Source of the DNA: Clostridium sp. CAG:780
GTDB lineage: Bacteria; Bacillota; Clostridia; TANB77; CAG-508
DNA length: 64,000 nucleotides
Direction of reading: 5' to 3'
NCBI GenBank assembly: GCA_000434195.1
Contig: HF994471.1
Coordinates: 26,135-90,134 of the forward strand
The translations under genes and the position numbers were made by a program. A model generated the notes under the pieces. That model searched no databases. It worked only from the letters and a program-made list of their open reading frames with translations, and was not told the DNA's origin. Each line of letters opens with the position of its first letter. Position 1 is the stretch's first letter. Positions 9,882 to 18,843 of the stretch are shown piece by piece.

Positions 9882-10358
9882 CTAAAAAGCTGTTTCTATA
9901 TAATTAATTAGCTCTTGTTTTATTTCTTCTGTTTTTGTGTTTTTTATTTTTTCTGCATATTCCACCACGTCTTGTTCCATCGGTAAGTTTGGCTTATCTA
10001 TATTAAATTCTTTTAGAATTGGAAGTATCTCTTTTTCCATTTCAGGATAATATTTATATAATGTGTCATATGCATTTAATGGTTTATCAGGTTTTGTATA
10101 TCTTGCACTTTCCCAGTCTAATACCATTTCTATATAATCAGCTTTGTTCTTCTCTATTTCATTTTCGTGATGTGAAGATAATTGTCTATGTAAAGCTGAT
10201 ACATCTTTTTTATTATAAAATAAATACATAAATAGTTTGTCCATATCATGGTCTTGTATTTGTTTTAGTACAGCTTCATCTTTTACATATTTATTAGCTA
10301 AATACATAACTATTTTTCTATGTTTGTATGTATATTCTATATGTTCTTGGTTTCTCAT
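9882..10358 (-). CDS. Hypothetical protein
   Basis: The ORF is compact and preceded by GGAGG. It may be an HD-type hydrolase, since it contains HD and HH pairs, but I do not recognise it firmly. Confidence 0.35.
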   Translation of the reverse strand: MRNQEHIEYTYKHRKIVMYLANKYVKDEAVLKQIQDHDMDKLFMYLFYNKKDVSALHRQLSSHHENEIEKNKADYIEMVLDWESARYTKPDKPLNAYDTLYKYYPEMEKEILPILKEFNIDKPNLPMEQDVVEYAEKIKNTKTEEIKQELINYIETAF

Positions 10359-10412
10359 TTTTCCTCCTAATATAGAAGAGAAGCATCTCTAGATGATGCT
10401 TCTCTTTGGTTT

Positions 10413-10886
10413 TTATAATGTTCTGTAATTGTTTTTATCTGCTCTATCATCTTTTTGTATGTCGTATTTTTTGTTTCTATAAAACCAGTCCGTTTTTTTG
10501 TCCGTTGGATGTAGTTTTTTGTTTTTGTCTAATAGCCAGTCAAACATTGTTAATGTTGGTAGTATGATTCCTATAAAAGATATAAATACGCTTAAATAGT
10601 CATCTATCATTCCACCTACTGTTTGCATCTGAACTATGTTTTTATATAGAGCAACACCAAAATATCCATAGTATCCTATCATATAGATTACTGGACCTAG
10701 TAGTTTTCTTTTTACTATTAATATAAATGCTAAAAGTGTAAAGAATATTAATGCTATTTCTACGTTTGTATCTAATGGCTTTATCATAAATTCCATTCCC
10801 ATCGTGTATGTGTATGTTGCTACTATTCTTAGCATCCAAAATATTACGTCTAGTGATACAATCATCCAAGTACTAAATTTCTGCAT
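10413..10886 (-). CDS. Hypothetical polytopic membrane protein
   Basis: Four to five hydrophobic segments are followed by a charged C-terminal tail. Confidence 0.4.
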   Translation of the reverse strand: MQKFSTWMIVSLDVIFWMLRIVATYTYTMGMEFMIKPLDTNVEIALIFFTLLAFILIVKRKLLGPVIYMIGYYGYFGVALYKNIVQMQTVGGMIDDYLSVFISFIGIILPTLTMFDWLLDKNKKLHPTDKKTDWFYRNKKYDIQKDDRADKNNYRTL

Positions 10887-10961
10887 CTTTTTGTTCCCCC
10901 TCAGTTTTCCTTTTGTTTATAGGGACAGTCTTTTCTGTTTAAAAGAACTGTCCCTATATTG

Positions 10962-11279
10962 TTAGTCTACAAAATCAAATTCATCTTTGAATTTTTCTTT
11001 AAACATTTCAAATACTTTGTTTAATGTTTCTTCGTCTTCTACACTTACATAAGATTCTTCATTTTCATTTTCTGTATCTTCTACTTGTAGTATTACGACT
11101 TCTCCTGGTTCTTCTCCGTGTTTGTCTTCTGCTGGTAGTAGTACAACATATTGTTCATTATCTAACTCTATTAAATCTAGGAATTCAAATCTTACTTCTT
11201 TTCCTTCCTCATCGTTTAATATTATCATGTTATCATCTAATTCCTCGTTTACATTGTTTGGTGTCTTTTCGTCACTCAT
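10962..11279 (-). CDS. DUF1292 / UPF0473 (YrzB-like) acidic protein
   Basis: The motif EEGKEVRFEFLDLIELDNEQYVVLLP is typical of YrzB-family proteins, which are encoded next to ruvX. Confidence 0.7.
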   Translation of the reverse strand: MSDEKTPNNVNEELDDNMIILNDEEGKEVRFEFLDLIELDNEQYVVLLPAEDKHGEEPGEVVILQVEDTENENEESYVSVEDEETLNKVFEMFKEKFKDEFDFVD

Positions 11280-11379
11280 ATTATTCTCCTTTCAATACTT
11301 TACTTTATTTTGTTTTGTATTTCTACAAATAGTAAAATCACTTATTTTATACTATTATCTTTCAATTTTGTCAATATAT

Positions 11380-11802
11380 TCAATTATTTTTATTTATTTT
11401 CATGTACGATTCTAAAATGTACACTGCTGAAATGGTATCTACTATATCACGTTTTTTATGCTTGTTGATGTTTAAAAAGTTCATTGTTTTGTGTGCTTCC
11501 ACTGTTGTAAGTCTTTCATCAATTCTCACGATTTTAACTTTGTTGAATTTGCATTGTAGTTTGTGAATAAATTTTTCTGTTACTTCAGCTCTTTCTGTTT
11601 TAGTTCCATTCATGTTTATAGGCATCCCTATTGCTATTGTATCTATTTCATATTGATTTAATATTTCTTCTAATCTTTTTAATACGATTTTGTCATTGCC
11701 TTGATGATGTATCGTTTCCAACCCTTGAGCTGTATAACCTAACGGATCTGTAATTGCTAGTCCAACTCTTGCATCTCCATAATCTATTCCTAATGTTCTC
11801 AT
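11380..11802 (-). CDS. ruvX: Putative pre-16S rRNA nuclease / Holliday-junction resolvase-like YqgF
   Basis: MRTLGIDYGDARVGLAITD followed by IAIGMP matches YqgF/RuvX. Confidence 0.85.
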   Translation of the reverse strand: MRTLGIDYGDARVGLAITDPLGYTAQGLETIHHQGNDKIVLKRLEEILNQYEIDTIAIGMPINMNGTKTERAEVTEKFIHKLQCKFNKVKIVRIDERLTTVEAHKTMNFLNINKHKKRDIVDTISAVYILESYMKINKNN

Positions 11803-12057
11803 TTATTTTTCCAATCCTATATATGTTTTTACCATTTCTTCTAATAGTTCATCTCTTTCTATTTGTCTTATTAGGTTTCTTGCATTATTATGACTTGTTA
11901 TATATGTTGGATCTCCTGAAAGAATGTAACCAACTATTTGGTTGATTGGGTTATAACCTTTTTCTGTTAGTGCTTTGTAAACTTCTTTCAAAATTTCTCT
12001 TGTTCTTGCATTTTTTTCTTTTTCCACATTAAAGCTAACTGTCTCGTCTGTAACCAT
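11803..12057 (-). CDS. ireB: IreB-family regulatory phosphoprotein (UPF0297, YrzL-like)
   Basis: The sequence [39 protein letters not shown] is IreB/UPF0297-like, and the gene order ireB-ruvX-yrzB is conserved. Confidence 0.75.
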   Translation of the reverse strand: MVTDETVSFNVEKEKNARTREILKEVYKALTEKGYNPINQIVGYILSGDPTYITSHNNARNLIRQIERDELLEEMVKTYIGLEK

Positions 12058-12066
12058 AAAAACCTC

Positions 12067-13164
12067 CTATAAATAATTTATATTGCTCTCTGTTGGATTT
12101 GCCATGTCTAGATATTCCTCTAGTCGTTTTGTAACTCCAACAAGTGCTGTTCCTTTGTAATATCTTGCTAAAGCAATGTTAATCTTTGGTGAAACTATTG
12201 TTTTTTCTCCTTTGTAGTCTTCTGCTGTTTCTATTTCTAATGCTTCTACTTTTTCTTTAATTGTTTTCATGAAGTCGCCTACTGCTTCTTCTTCCACTCC
12301 AGAGAACACTATTGCAAATTTTGGTCCCATATATCTAACAAATAAATATTCTGGTGACAAATCTCCTTTTATGGCTTTGCATATTTGGTTTATTACTCTA
12401 TCTCCAGTTTTTCTGCTATATGTTTCATTTATATCTACTAAGTTTATTATTTTATATAGGCATACAGTTGATGTTGTATACTGGTCTATTGTCTTTTTTC
12501 CATCCGCATATAGGAACTCTGCTGTTTTTAGTTCTGAGTATTTGTCGTCATTTACAATTCTCTCTATTATAGATTGGTTTTCAACAGTTTTTAATACTGA
12601 TACTATGTTATTTTTAACAACTTCTAGAACAGTGGTATCTACATTGTCATATTCGTGTGGTAAATTTCCTTCTATTATCCAGTATCCAATATATACGTTA
12701 TCTATATATAAAGGAAAGAACATGGCTGACTTTGCTCTTGCAAATTCCATCTTTTGATATGGAAGCTTTACTCCTTCATTATTTACCGTTATATATTTTG
12801 AAATTCCAGTCTCTATACTGTCTTTGAATATTGGTTCTGATTGTAATGTTTTTAGAGCTGACCAATGTTTTTCTGCTACGTTTGTTGCTTTTATAACATA
12901 TTCGGCACCATTGTAAACCACAATGGTGGAATATTTTATTTTATATTTTTCAATTAAAATGTCATTTATCTTTTTTAACTTTTCATCTACACTTGAGGTT
13001 TCGCTAATAGTATTTATAAAGTCTTGTAACACATTTAAATTTACTATTTGTTGATTTATATTGTTAAATGCTTGTATTTTTTTATGAATTGACATGTTGT
13101 ATAAAACTAGTCCTACTATTATTGCTACTAGTAGTAGAATAACTCCTATTATTGTCGCTGACAA
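12067..13164 (-). CDS. Membrane-anchored protein with a degenerate GGDEF domain (RYMGPKF in place of GGDEF/GGEEF), probably catalytically inactive
   Basis: An N-terminal transmembrane segment is followed by a C-terminal DINETYSRKTGDRVINQICKAIKG...LFVRYMGPKFAIVF matching the GGDEF-domain core with a divergent signature. The TTG start at 13164 has a GAGGTG ribosome-binding site. Confidence 0.5.
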   Translation of the reverse strand: MSATIIGVILLLVAIIVGLVLYNMSIHKKIQAFNNINQQIVNLNVLQDFINTISETSSVDEKLKKINDILIEKYKIKYSTIVVYNGAEYVIKATNVAEKHWSALKTLQSEPIFKDSIETGISKYITVNNEGVKLPYQKMEFARAKSAMFFPLYIDNVYIGYWIIEGNLPHEYDNVDTTVLEVVKNNIVSVLKTVENQSIIERIVNDDKYSELKTAEFLYADGKKTIDQYTTSTVCLYKIINLVDINETYSRKTGDRVINQICKAIKGDLSPEYLFVRYMGPKFAIVFSGVEEEAVGDFMKTIKEKVEALEIETAEDYKGEKTIVSPKINIALARYYKGTALVGVTKRLEEYLDMANPTESNINYL

Positions 13165-13189
13165 AAAGTATCACCTCATTTTTCGTTTT

Positions 13190-15688
13190 TTAAAAATTAT
13201 TTCTCATTTTGTTTAATGTTTCGTTCATGCTACTGTTGAACGTTTGATTTTTCTTGTTATAATCATTATAGTTCTTGTCTTGAACTTTTCTTTGTCCCCC
13301 TGCTATTAGTGGATATACCATATCTCCTAATTTATTTAATGCTTCTAAGAACATTTTTGAATAGCCATTTAGTGAGATTTCGCAATCAACCATTCTTTCT
13401 AGATATTTTGCATATGTTTGTGTTTCAAATGGTATTGTTGTATATCTTACTTTGTCTTTATCAAATAGTGTGTTGATATATGTTGATGCAGGATCATTAT
13501 AACAAGATATTCCTCCAATTATTAATTGGTCTGTTAGTTTTCTTAAGCTTAATGCTTTGTTTATTACTATTCTTAGTTTGTTTTGGTCTAGTATATTTCT
13601 ATATTTTAGTTCATTTAAGAATAGTGTTAATGGTTGAATTGTTAGTATGTCATATGTTTGAACTAAATATAGTTCTTGTGCTTTTGCAAAGTAGTTGATG
13701 TTTGTATTAAAATCACAATCTAATAATATTAAAGAATGATTTTTTACTAATGTTTCTAAAATATTTCCATAATCGTCATATTCTGAATCATCGTCTTTTG
13801 CAACATTTGTGTAGACTGTAAGATTTTTGTCTACTTGAATTCCCTCTGCAACTCCTCTTCTTAGTCCTTCTATACATCTAAATGCTCTATCTCTTAGGCT
13901 GTCCTCGTTTAATGTATAAATGTAATAAGAGTTCTTGTTTTTTGTAAGGTCTAAAATTGCTGTATTTATTCCTTTACTTGATAATAATGCCGCTAAGTTG
14001 TTTACTAGGAATGAAGTTCCATTTTTTGATGTTCCCACAAATGCTACTATTTTTTTGTCGCCTGTTAATAATGTTGATAGTCTGTCATTATCTTGGTAAA
14101 TTGAGTTTTGTTCAACAGCTGCTGGGACATTATTAATATAATTATTTTGTGGTCTTTGGAAGTTGTTTGTTTCTGGCCTAATTTGTTGACTTACTTGGTT
14201 GTTATTAACTTGTAAATCGTCTTCTTCGTTTTCCACTATTTTTGGAGGTTCTACAACTTCTTCGTCATCCTCATCAAATCCTGGCAATATTGTGGCTTTT
14301 TCTTGTTCTTCTTTGTTTGCCACGATTTCTTCATCTTCTTCATCTAATAAGCCTGGTAATATTCCAGTATTTTCTTCTGGTTGTTCTTTTTCTTCTTCAA
14401 ATCCTGGTAGAGTAGTGGCTTCTTCTTTTTCATCCTCATTTTCATCAGACATATTGAACAAGTCTACTTCTTCTTGTTTCTCCTCTTGTGGTTCTTCTAC
14501 TATTTTTTTAGGTCTGCCTCTACCTTTTTTTACTTTATTCTTTTCTTCTTCAAGCTCTTCAGGTGTTTTTTCTTTCTTAGGTCTGCCCCTGCCTTTTTTA
14601 ACAGGTTCAGCTGTTTGTTCTTCTATGTCGTCTATCTTGTTAGCAACATCTACTGTTGCTAATCTCTTATCTAATTCCTCTTCTATGCTATTTTTGGTCT
14701 CATTTTTTATTTCCGGTTCAAGTCTAGGTAATGTTTCTTCTATTTGAGGTTCTATTATCTTTTCTACCTTAGGCTCTTGAATTTCTGGTTGCTGTGGAAC
14801 TTCTGGTTTTGTATATGCTTTTCTTACATCTTGCATGTTTATTGTAGAAGGTATTACAACCGGTTTTGTAAGTCTTGATTTTTGAAGTTCTTTGTCTATT
14901 AAGTCTATTTTGTTTCCTCTTGAATTTGATATACTTTTTGTTGTATATTTGTTATTTTCTTGTCTTCTTTGTGCTGCTACTTGTCCTTTTACACTTCCTA
15001 TCATTACTTGTTGGTATTTAGGGCTTCTCTCTTCTAGAACTGCTCTAACATTTAGAGGCAAAAATTTTGTAATAAGTTTTAATTGTGTATCAGTATACTG
15101 TTCTGCTATGTCATTAAAACTTTCTACATATTTTTCTTCGTCTTTTCCTAATTTTCTGTAATGTTTGATTATGTTTTGTATTTCTGTTTCACTAACACTG
15201 TCTGGGTCTACTAGTTGATAATCAACATCTTCTGCTTCAATTCTGTAATATGCTTTTGCTTCTTTTTTTGTACGAGGTTGCGCTATTAATTTACAAACAT
15301 TTTCTATACTTCTGTCTTGTCCTAATAACACGTTATATATTCCTATTCCAAATAGTTTAACCAGAATAGCACTACCTTTTTCTCGTCTATCTGCACCTAT
15401 AAGGATAATAGGAATATCTCCTTCTCTGCTATTTGAAGCCTCGTCACTTATACTATCAAGTTTATCAAATAAGAAATTATCGATAACCTCATAGTTGTTA
15501 TTTGCATATGGCTCTAAATCTTCTCCTATGACGATTCTGTCATAAGATTTATCTTTTTGTAATTCTTTTATTATCGCATTGAAAAAATATACATTTTTAC
15601 ATGAAATTATTTCTTTATACATCATTTGATATTTTTTTATGATGGCTGTCGAAACTTTTTCATTATTTACAGCGAATAAAACTTTCAT
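13190..15688 (-). CDS. Large (832-aa) protein with an N-terminal receiver-like domain, a central acidic low-complexity region containing two AT-hooks and LPGF repeats, and a C-terminal degenerate ParA/MinD-like (TadZ/CpaE-like) domain
   Basis: KKGRGRPKK occurs twice, and (T/I)LPG(F/L)(D/E)EE is repeated. The C-terminus KIVAFVGTSKNGTSFLVNNLAALLSSKGINTAILDLT resembles a deviant Walker A ATPase. There is a GGAGGGG ribosome-binding site. Confidence 0.45.
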   Translation of the reverse strand: MKVLFAVNNEKVSTAIIKKYQMMYKEIISCKNVYFFNAIIKELQKDKSYDRIVIGEDLEPYANNNYEVIDNFLFDKLDSISDEASNSREGDIPIILIGADRREKGSAILVKLFGIGIYNVLLGQDRSIENVCKLIAQPRTKKEAKAYYRIEAEDVDYQLVDPDSVSETEIQNIIKHYRKLGKDEEKYVESFNDIAEQYTDTQLKLITKFLPLNVRAVLEERSPKYQQVMIGSVKGQVAAQRRQENNKYTTKSISNSRGNKIDLIDKELQKSRLTKPVVIPSTINMQDVRKAYTKPEVPQQPEIQEPKVEKIIEPQIEETLPRLEPEIKNETKNSIEEELDKRLATVDVANKIDDIEEQTAEPVKKGRGRPKKEKTPEELEEEKNKVKKGRGRPKKIVEEPQEEKQEEVDLFNMSDENEDEKEEATTLPGFEEEKEQPEENTGILPGLLDEEDEEIVANKEEQEKATILPGFDEDDEEVVEPPKIVENEEDDLQVNNNQVSQQIRPETNNFQRPQNNYINNVPAAVEQNSIYQDNDRLSTLLTGDKKIVAFVGTSKNGTSFLVNNLAALLSSKGINTAILDLTKNKNSYYIYTLNEDSLRDRAFRCIEGLRRGVAEGIQVDKNLTVYTNVAKDDDSEYDDYGNILETLVKNHSLILLDCDFNTNINYFAKAQELYLVQTYDILTIQPLTLFLNELKYRNILDQNKLRIVINKALSLRKLTDQLIIGGISCYNDPASTYINTLFDKDKVRYTTIPFETQTYAKYLERMVDCEISLNGYSKMFLEALNKLGDMVYPLIAGGQRKVQDKNYNDYNKKNQTFNSSMNETLNKMRNNF

Positions 15689-15692
15689 TAGT

Positions 15693-16094
15693 TTAACCCC
15701 TCCAACCTTTTACTACTATTGCGAAAACAAGTGGTAATACTTGGCATATTACAACTAGTGTAATACTTGCAATCATTAGTCCAAAGCCTTTATCTCTTAC
15801 GTCTAATTTTTTTAGTCCTATAATGTATTGATATATTGCAGCTATTATGATTGTTACAAATCCAAATGGTATACTATAAATTCTTACTTTATTTAGTAAA
15901 AATGCTGTTAATCCGTATGAATCTGATCCATATGCATTTCTATAATCTTCTAGAGTTTTTAACTCTTTGTCTTTAATTTCTATTAATTTACCTGTTGCTG
16001 TTTGTTCTACTTCTCTAGTTTCATTTGCTGCATATACTGTTACGCTCGCGAACATACAAATAACTATAGATATAATTGCAATTATTTTCTTCAT
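15693..16094 (-). CDS. Small secreted/membrane protein
   Basis: It has a signal peptide MKKIIAIISIVICMFASVTVYA and a C-terminal transmembrane segment. Confidence 0.45.
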   Translation of the reverse strand: MKKIIAIISIVICMFASVTVYAANETREVEQTATGKLIEIKDKELKTLEDYRNAYGSDSYGLTAFLLNKVRIYSIPFGFVTIIIAAIYQYIIGLKKLDVRDKGFGLMIASITLVVICQVLPLVFAIVVKGWRG

Positions 16095-16154
16095 ATAACT
16101 AACCCTTTCTATTTTTTCTATTAAATATCATTCATGTAATATTTTACACTAGAA

Positions 16155-16190
16155 TGAAAAAAATAGCAAGGAAATACTTGCTATTTTTTA
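16155..16190 (-). terminator. Rho-independent terminator downstream of mutS (bidirectional form)
   Basis: aaaaaa-ATAGCAAG-gaaata-CTTGCTAT-tttttt. Confidence 0.6.
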
Positions 16191-16229
16191 AATATTTTTA
16201 ATATTTTTTATTATTTTGTTGTTTTTTCA

Positions 16230-18842
16230 CTATTTTAGGTCTTCTTTTATTTTTACAAGCGTATTTAATGCGTCTATCGGCGTTAATTCGTTTATATTTA
16301 TTTTATCTAGTTCGTGTGCAATTTCTGCTAATTTAAAGTTGTACATATCAAGCTGTCCTGAAACTTGTTTGCTCGATTCTTTTTCTGCTTTTTTATTTGT
16401 TAACACATTTTTTCTTTCTATTGATTTTAGTATTTCATTTGCTCTTTGTGTTACAACCTTTGGAACTCCTGCAAGTCTTGCAACATGGACTCCATAGCTT
16501 TCGTCAGTTCCACCTGTAACTATTTTTCTTAAGAAGATTACATCTTCTCCCTTTTCTTTTACAGCAATTGAGTAATTTTTAACTCCTTCTAATTTATCTT
16601 CTAGTCCTGTTAGCTCGTGATAATGAGTTGCAAATAATGTTTTTGCACCACACTTTTCTTTATCTTCTATGTATTCTGCTACTGCCCAAGCTATTGAAAG
16701 TCCATCATATGTAGATGTTCCTCTCCCTATTTCATCAAGTATAACTAAGCTATTGCCTGTTGCTTCTTTCAAGATATTTGCAACTTCCATCATTTCTACC
16801 ATAAATGTACTTTGACCCATGCTTAAGTCATCAGACGCTCCAACTCTTGTAAATATTTTATCAACTATTCCTATATGAGCAGATGTTGCTGGCACAAAAC
16901 TTCCAATTTGAGCCATTAGTGTTATTAATGCTACTTGTCTCATGTATGTTGATTTACCAGCCATATTTGGCCCTGTTATTATTGATAATCTGTTTTCATC
17001 TTTGTCCATATAAGTGTCATTAGCCACAAAACTTCCTGCTGGAAGCATTTTTTCTATTACTGGATGTCTTCCATCTTTTACGTCTATAATTCCGCTATTA
17101 TCAACTTGTGGCATACAGTAGTTTAGGTCTTCTGCAACAGTTGCAAAAGATGCTAAAACGTCTAGTTTTGATATTACCATTGCAGATTTTTGTATTCTTT
17201 GTATTTGAGATTTTATTTGCTCTCTTATTTGCGTAAATAATTTATATTCTAACGATACTACCTTTTCTTCTGCTCCTAAAATTTTGCTTTCTAGTTCTTT
17301 TAGTTCTTCTGTGATATATCTTTCTCCACCAGTTAGTGTTTGTTTTCTTATATATCTATCTGGAACTAATGATAAGTTTGACTTTGTAACTTCTATGTAG
17401 TATCCAAACACCTTATTATAGCCTATCTTTAGGCCTTTTATTCCTGTTTGTTCTTTCTCTGTTGCTTCTAGTTTTGCAAGCCAAGTTCTTCCGTCAGTCA
17501 TTGCTGTTTTTAGTTCATCTATTTCTGGATCATATCCAAGTTTTATTATTCCACCTTCTGTTACGCTAATTGGTGGGTCTTCTATTATTGCATTTTCGAT
17601 TAATGTATATATGTCCTCTAGTTCATCTAAATCTTGGTACAAATTTTGTAGCATATGTGATTTTGAATTCTCAATTAACTTTTTAATTTCTGGTAATTTC
17701 TTAGCAGATGCTTTTAATGAGTTTAAATCTCTTGCATTTGCACTTCCATACGATACTTTTCCAGCTAATCTTTCTATATCGTAAACTCCTTTTAAGCTAG
17801 ATACAAGCTCTCCTCTCATCATCACATCTTCTTTTAATTCTTTTACTGCATCTAGTCTATTATTTACTTCAAACACATCTATTAAAGGATCCGAAATCCA
17901 TCTTCTTAAGAGTCTTCCTCCCATAGATGTTGCAGTCTTATCTAGCACCCATAAAAGAGTTCCTTTTTTCGATTTATCTCTTAGTTTTTCTGTTAATTCT
18001 AGGTTTCTTCTTGCATTGATGTCTAATGCCATATATTTTGTTATCGTGTATATTATAATCTTGTTTATGTGTTCTAACTTTGTTTTCTGTGTATCTTCTA
18101 TGTATTGTATAAGTCCGTTTATTGCAGATACAGCAAATAATCTTTGTTCTAGGTCTTTTAGTTTTTCTCCATTGTCACAAAGTATTTCATATTGATTATA
18201 AAGATTATCTATTTCTTCACTAAATTTTTCTTCTTCCTCTGTCGAAATATATACATCAAATCTTTCTTTTATTTTGCTTATTTCTTCACTGCAATTATAA
18301 AGCATTTCATTTGCTATGATTTCAGATGGTGCATATCTTGATATTTCATCAAGTAATCTTTCAAAATTATTTTCTTCCTTTATTTCTGATGCGTAAAAAT
18401 CTCCTGTTGATATATCACATACAGCAATTCCAAAGAATACTCCTTTTTGAAATATGCTCATTATATAATTATTTCTTTTTTCTTCTAAAAGATTTGTTTC
18501 TGTTACTGTTCCAGGTGTTACTATTCTTATTACATCTCTTTTTACTATTCCTTTTGCTTGTTTTGGATCTTCTAGTTGCTCACATATTGCAACTTTGTGT
18601 CCATTGCTAACAAGTCTTGATATATAGTTTTCTGCAGCATGATAAGGAATTCCACACATTGGAGCTCTTTGCTCTTGCCCACAATCTTTTCCTGTTAATG
18701 TTAATTCTAGTTCTCTTGAAACATTTATAGCATCATCAAAAAACATTTCATAGAAATCGCCTAATCTATAAAACAAAATACAGTCTTTATATTTTTCCTT
18801 TGTTTCAAGATAATGTTGCATCATTGGTGAATATTCTGCCAT
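16230..18842 (-). CDS. mutS: DNA mismatch repair protein MutS
   Basis: The N-terminal TPMMQQY-like motif, the Walker A GPNMAGKST and similarity along the full 870 aa all match MutS. Confidence 0.95.
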   Translation of the reverse strand: MAEYSPMMQHYLETKEKYKDCILFYRLGDFYEMFFDDAINVSRELELTLTGKDCGQEQRAPMCGIPYHAAENYISRLVSNGHKVAICEQLEDPKQAKGIVKRDVIRIVTPGTVTETNLLEEKRNNYIMSIFQKGVFFGIAVCDISTGDFYASEIKEENNFERLLDEISRYAPSEIIANEMLYNCSEEISKIKERFDVYISTEEEEKFSEEIDNLYNQYEILCDNGEKLKDLEQRLFAVSAINGLIQYIEDTQKTKLEHINKIIIYTITKYMALDINARRNLELTEKLRDKSKKGTLLWVLDKTATSMGGRLLRRWISDPLIDVFEVNNRLDAVKELKEDVMMRGELVSSLKGVYDIERLAGKVSYGSANARDLNSLKASAKKLPEIKKLIENSKSHMLQNLYQDLDELEDIYTLIENAIIEDPPISVTEGGIIKLGYDPEIDELKTAMTDGRTWLAKLEATEKEQTGIKGLKIGYNKVFGYYIEVTKSNLSLVPDRYIRKQTLTGGERYITEELKELESKILGAEEKVVSLEYKLFTQIREQIKSQIQRIQKSAMVISKLDVLASFATVAEDLNYCMPQVDNSGIIDVKDGRHPVIEKMLPAGSFVANDTYMDKDENRLSIITGPNMAGKSTYMRQVALITLMAQIGSFVPATSAHIGIVDKIFTRVGASDDLSMGQSTFMVEMMEVANILKEATGNSLVILDEIGRGTSTYDGLSIAWAVAEYIEDKEKCGAKTLFATHYHELTGLEDKLEGVKNYSIAVKEKGEDVIFLRKIVTGGTDESYGVHVARLAGVPKVVTQRANEILKSIERKNVLTNKKAEKESSKQVSGQLDMYNFKLAEIAHELDKININELTPIDALNTLVKIKEDLK

Positions 18843-18843
18843 C

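Noticed and set aside
10642-10869. 75-aa ORF in an alternative frame inside the membrane-protein gene 10413-10886
   Set aside because: It is nested in the same orientation with no ribosome-binding site. The longer frame has a coherent transmembrane topology.
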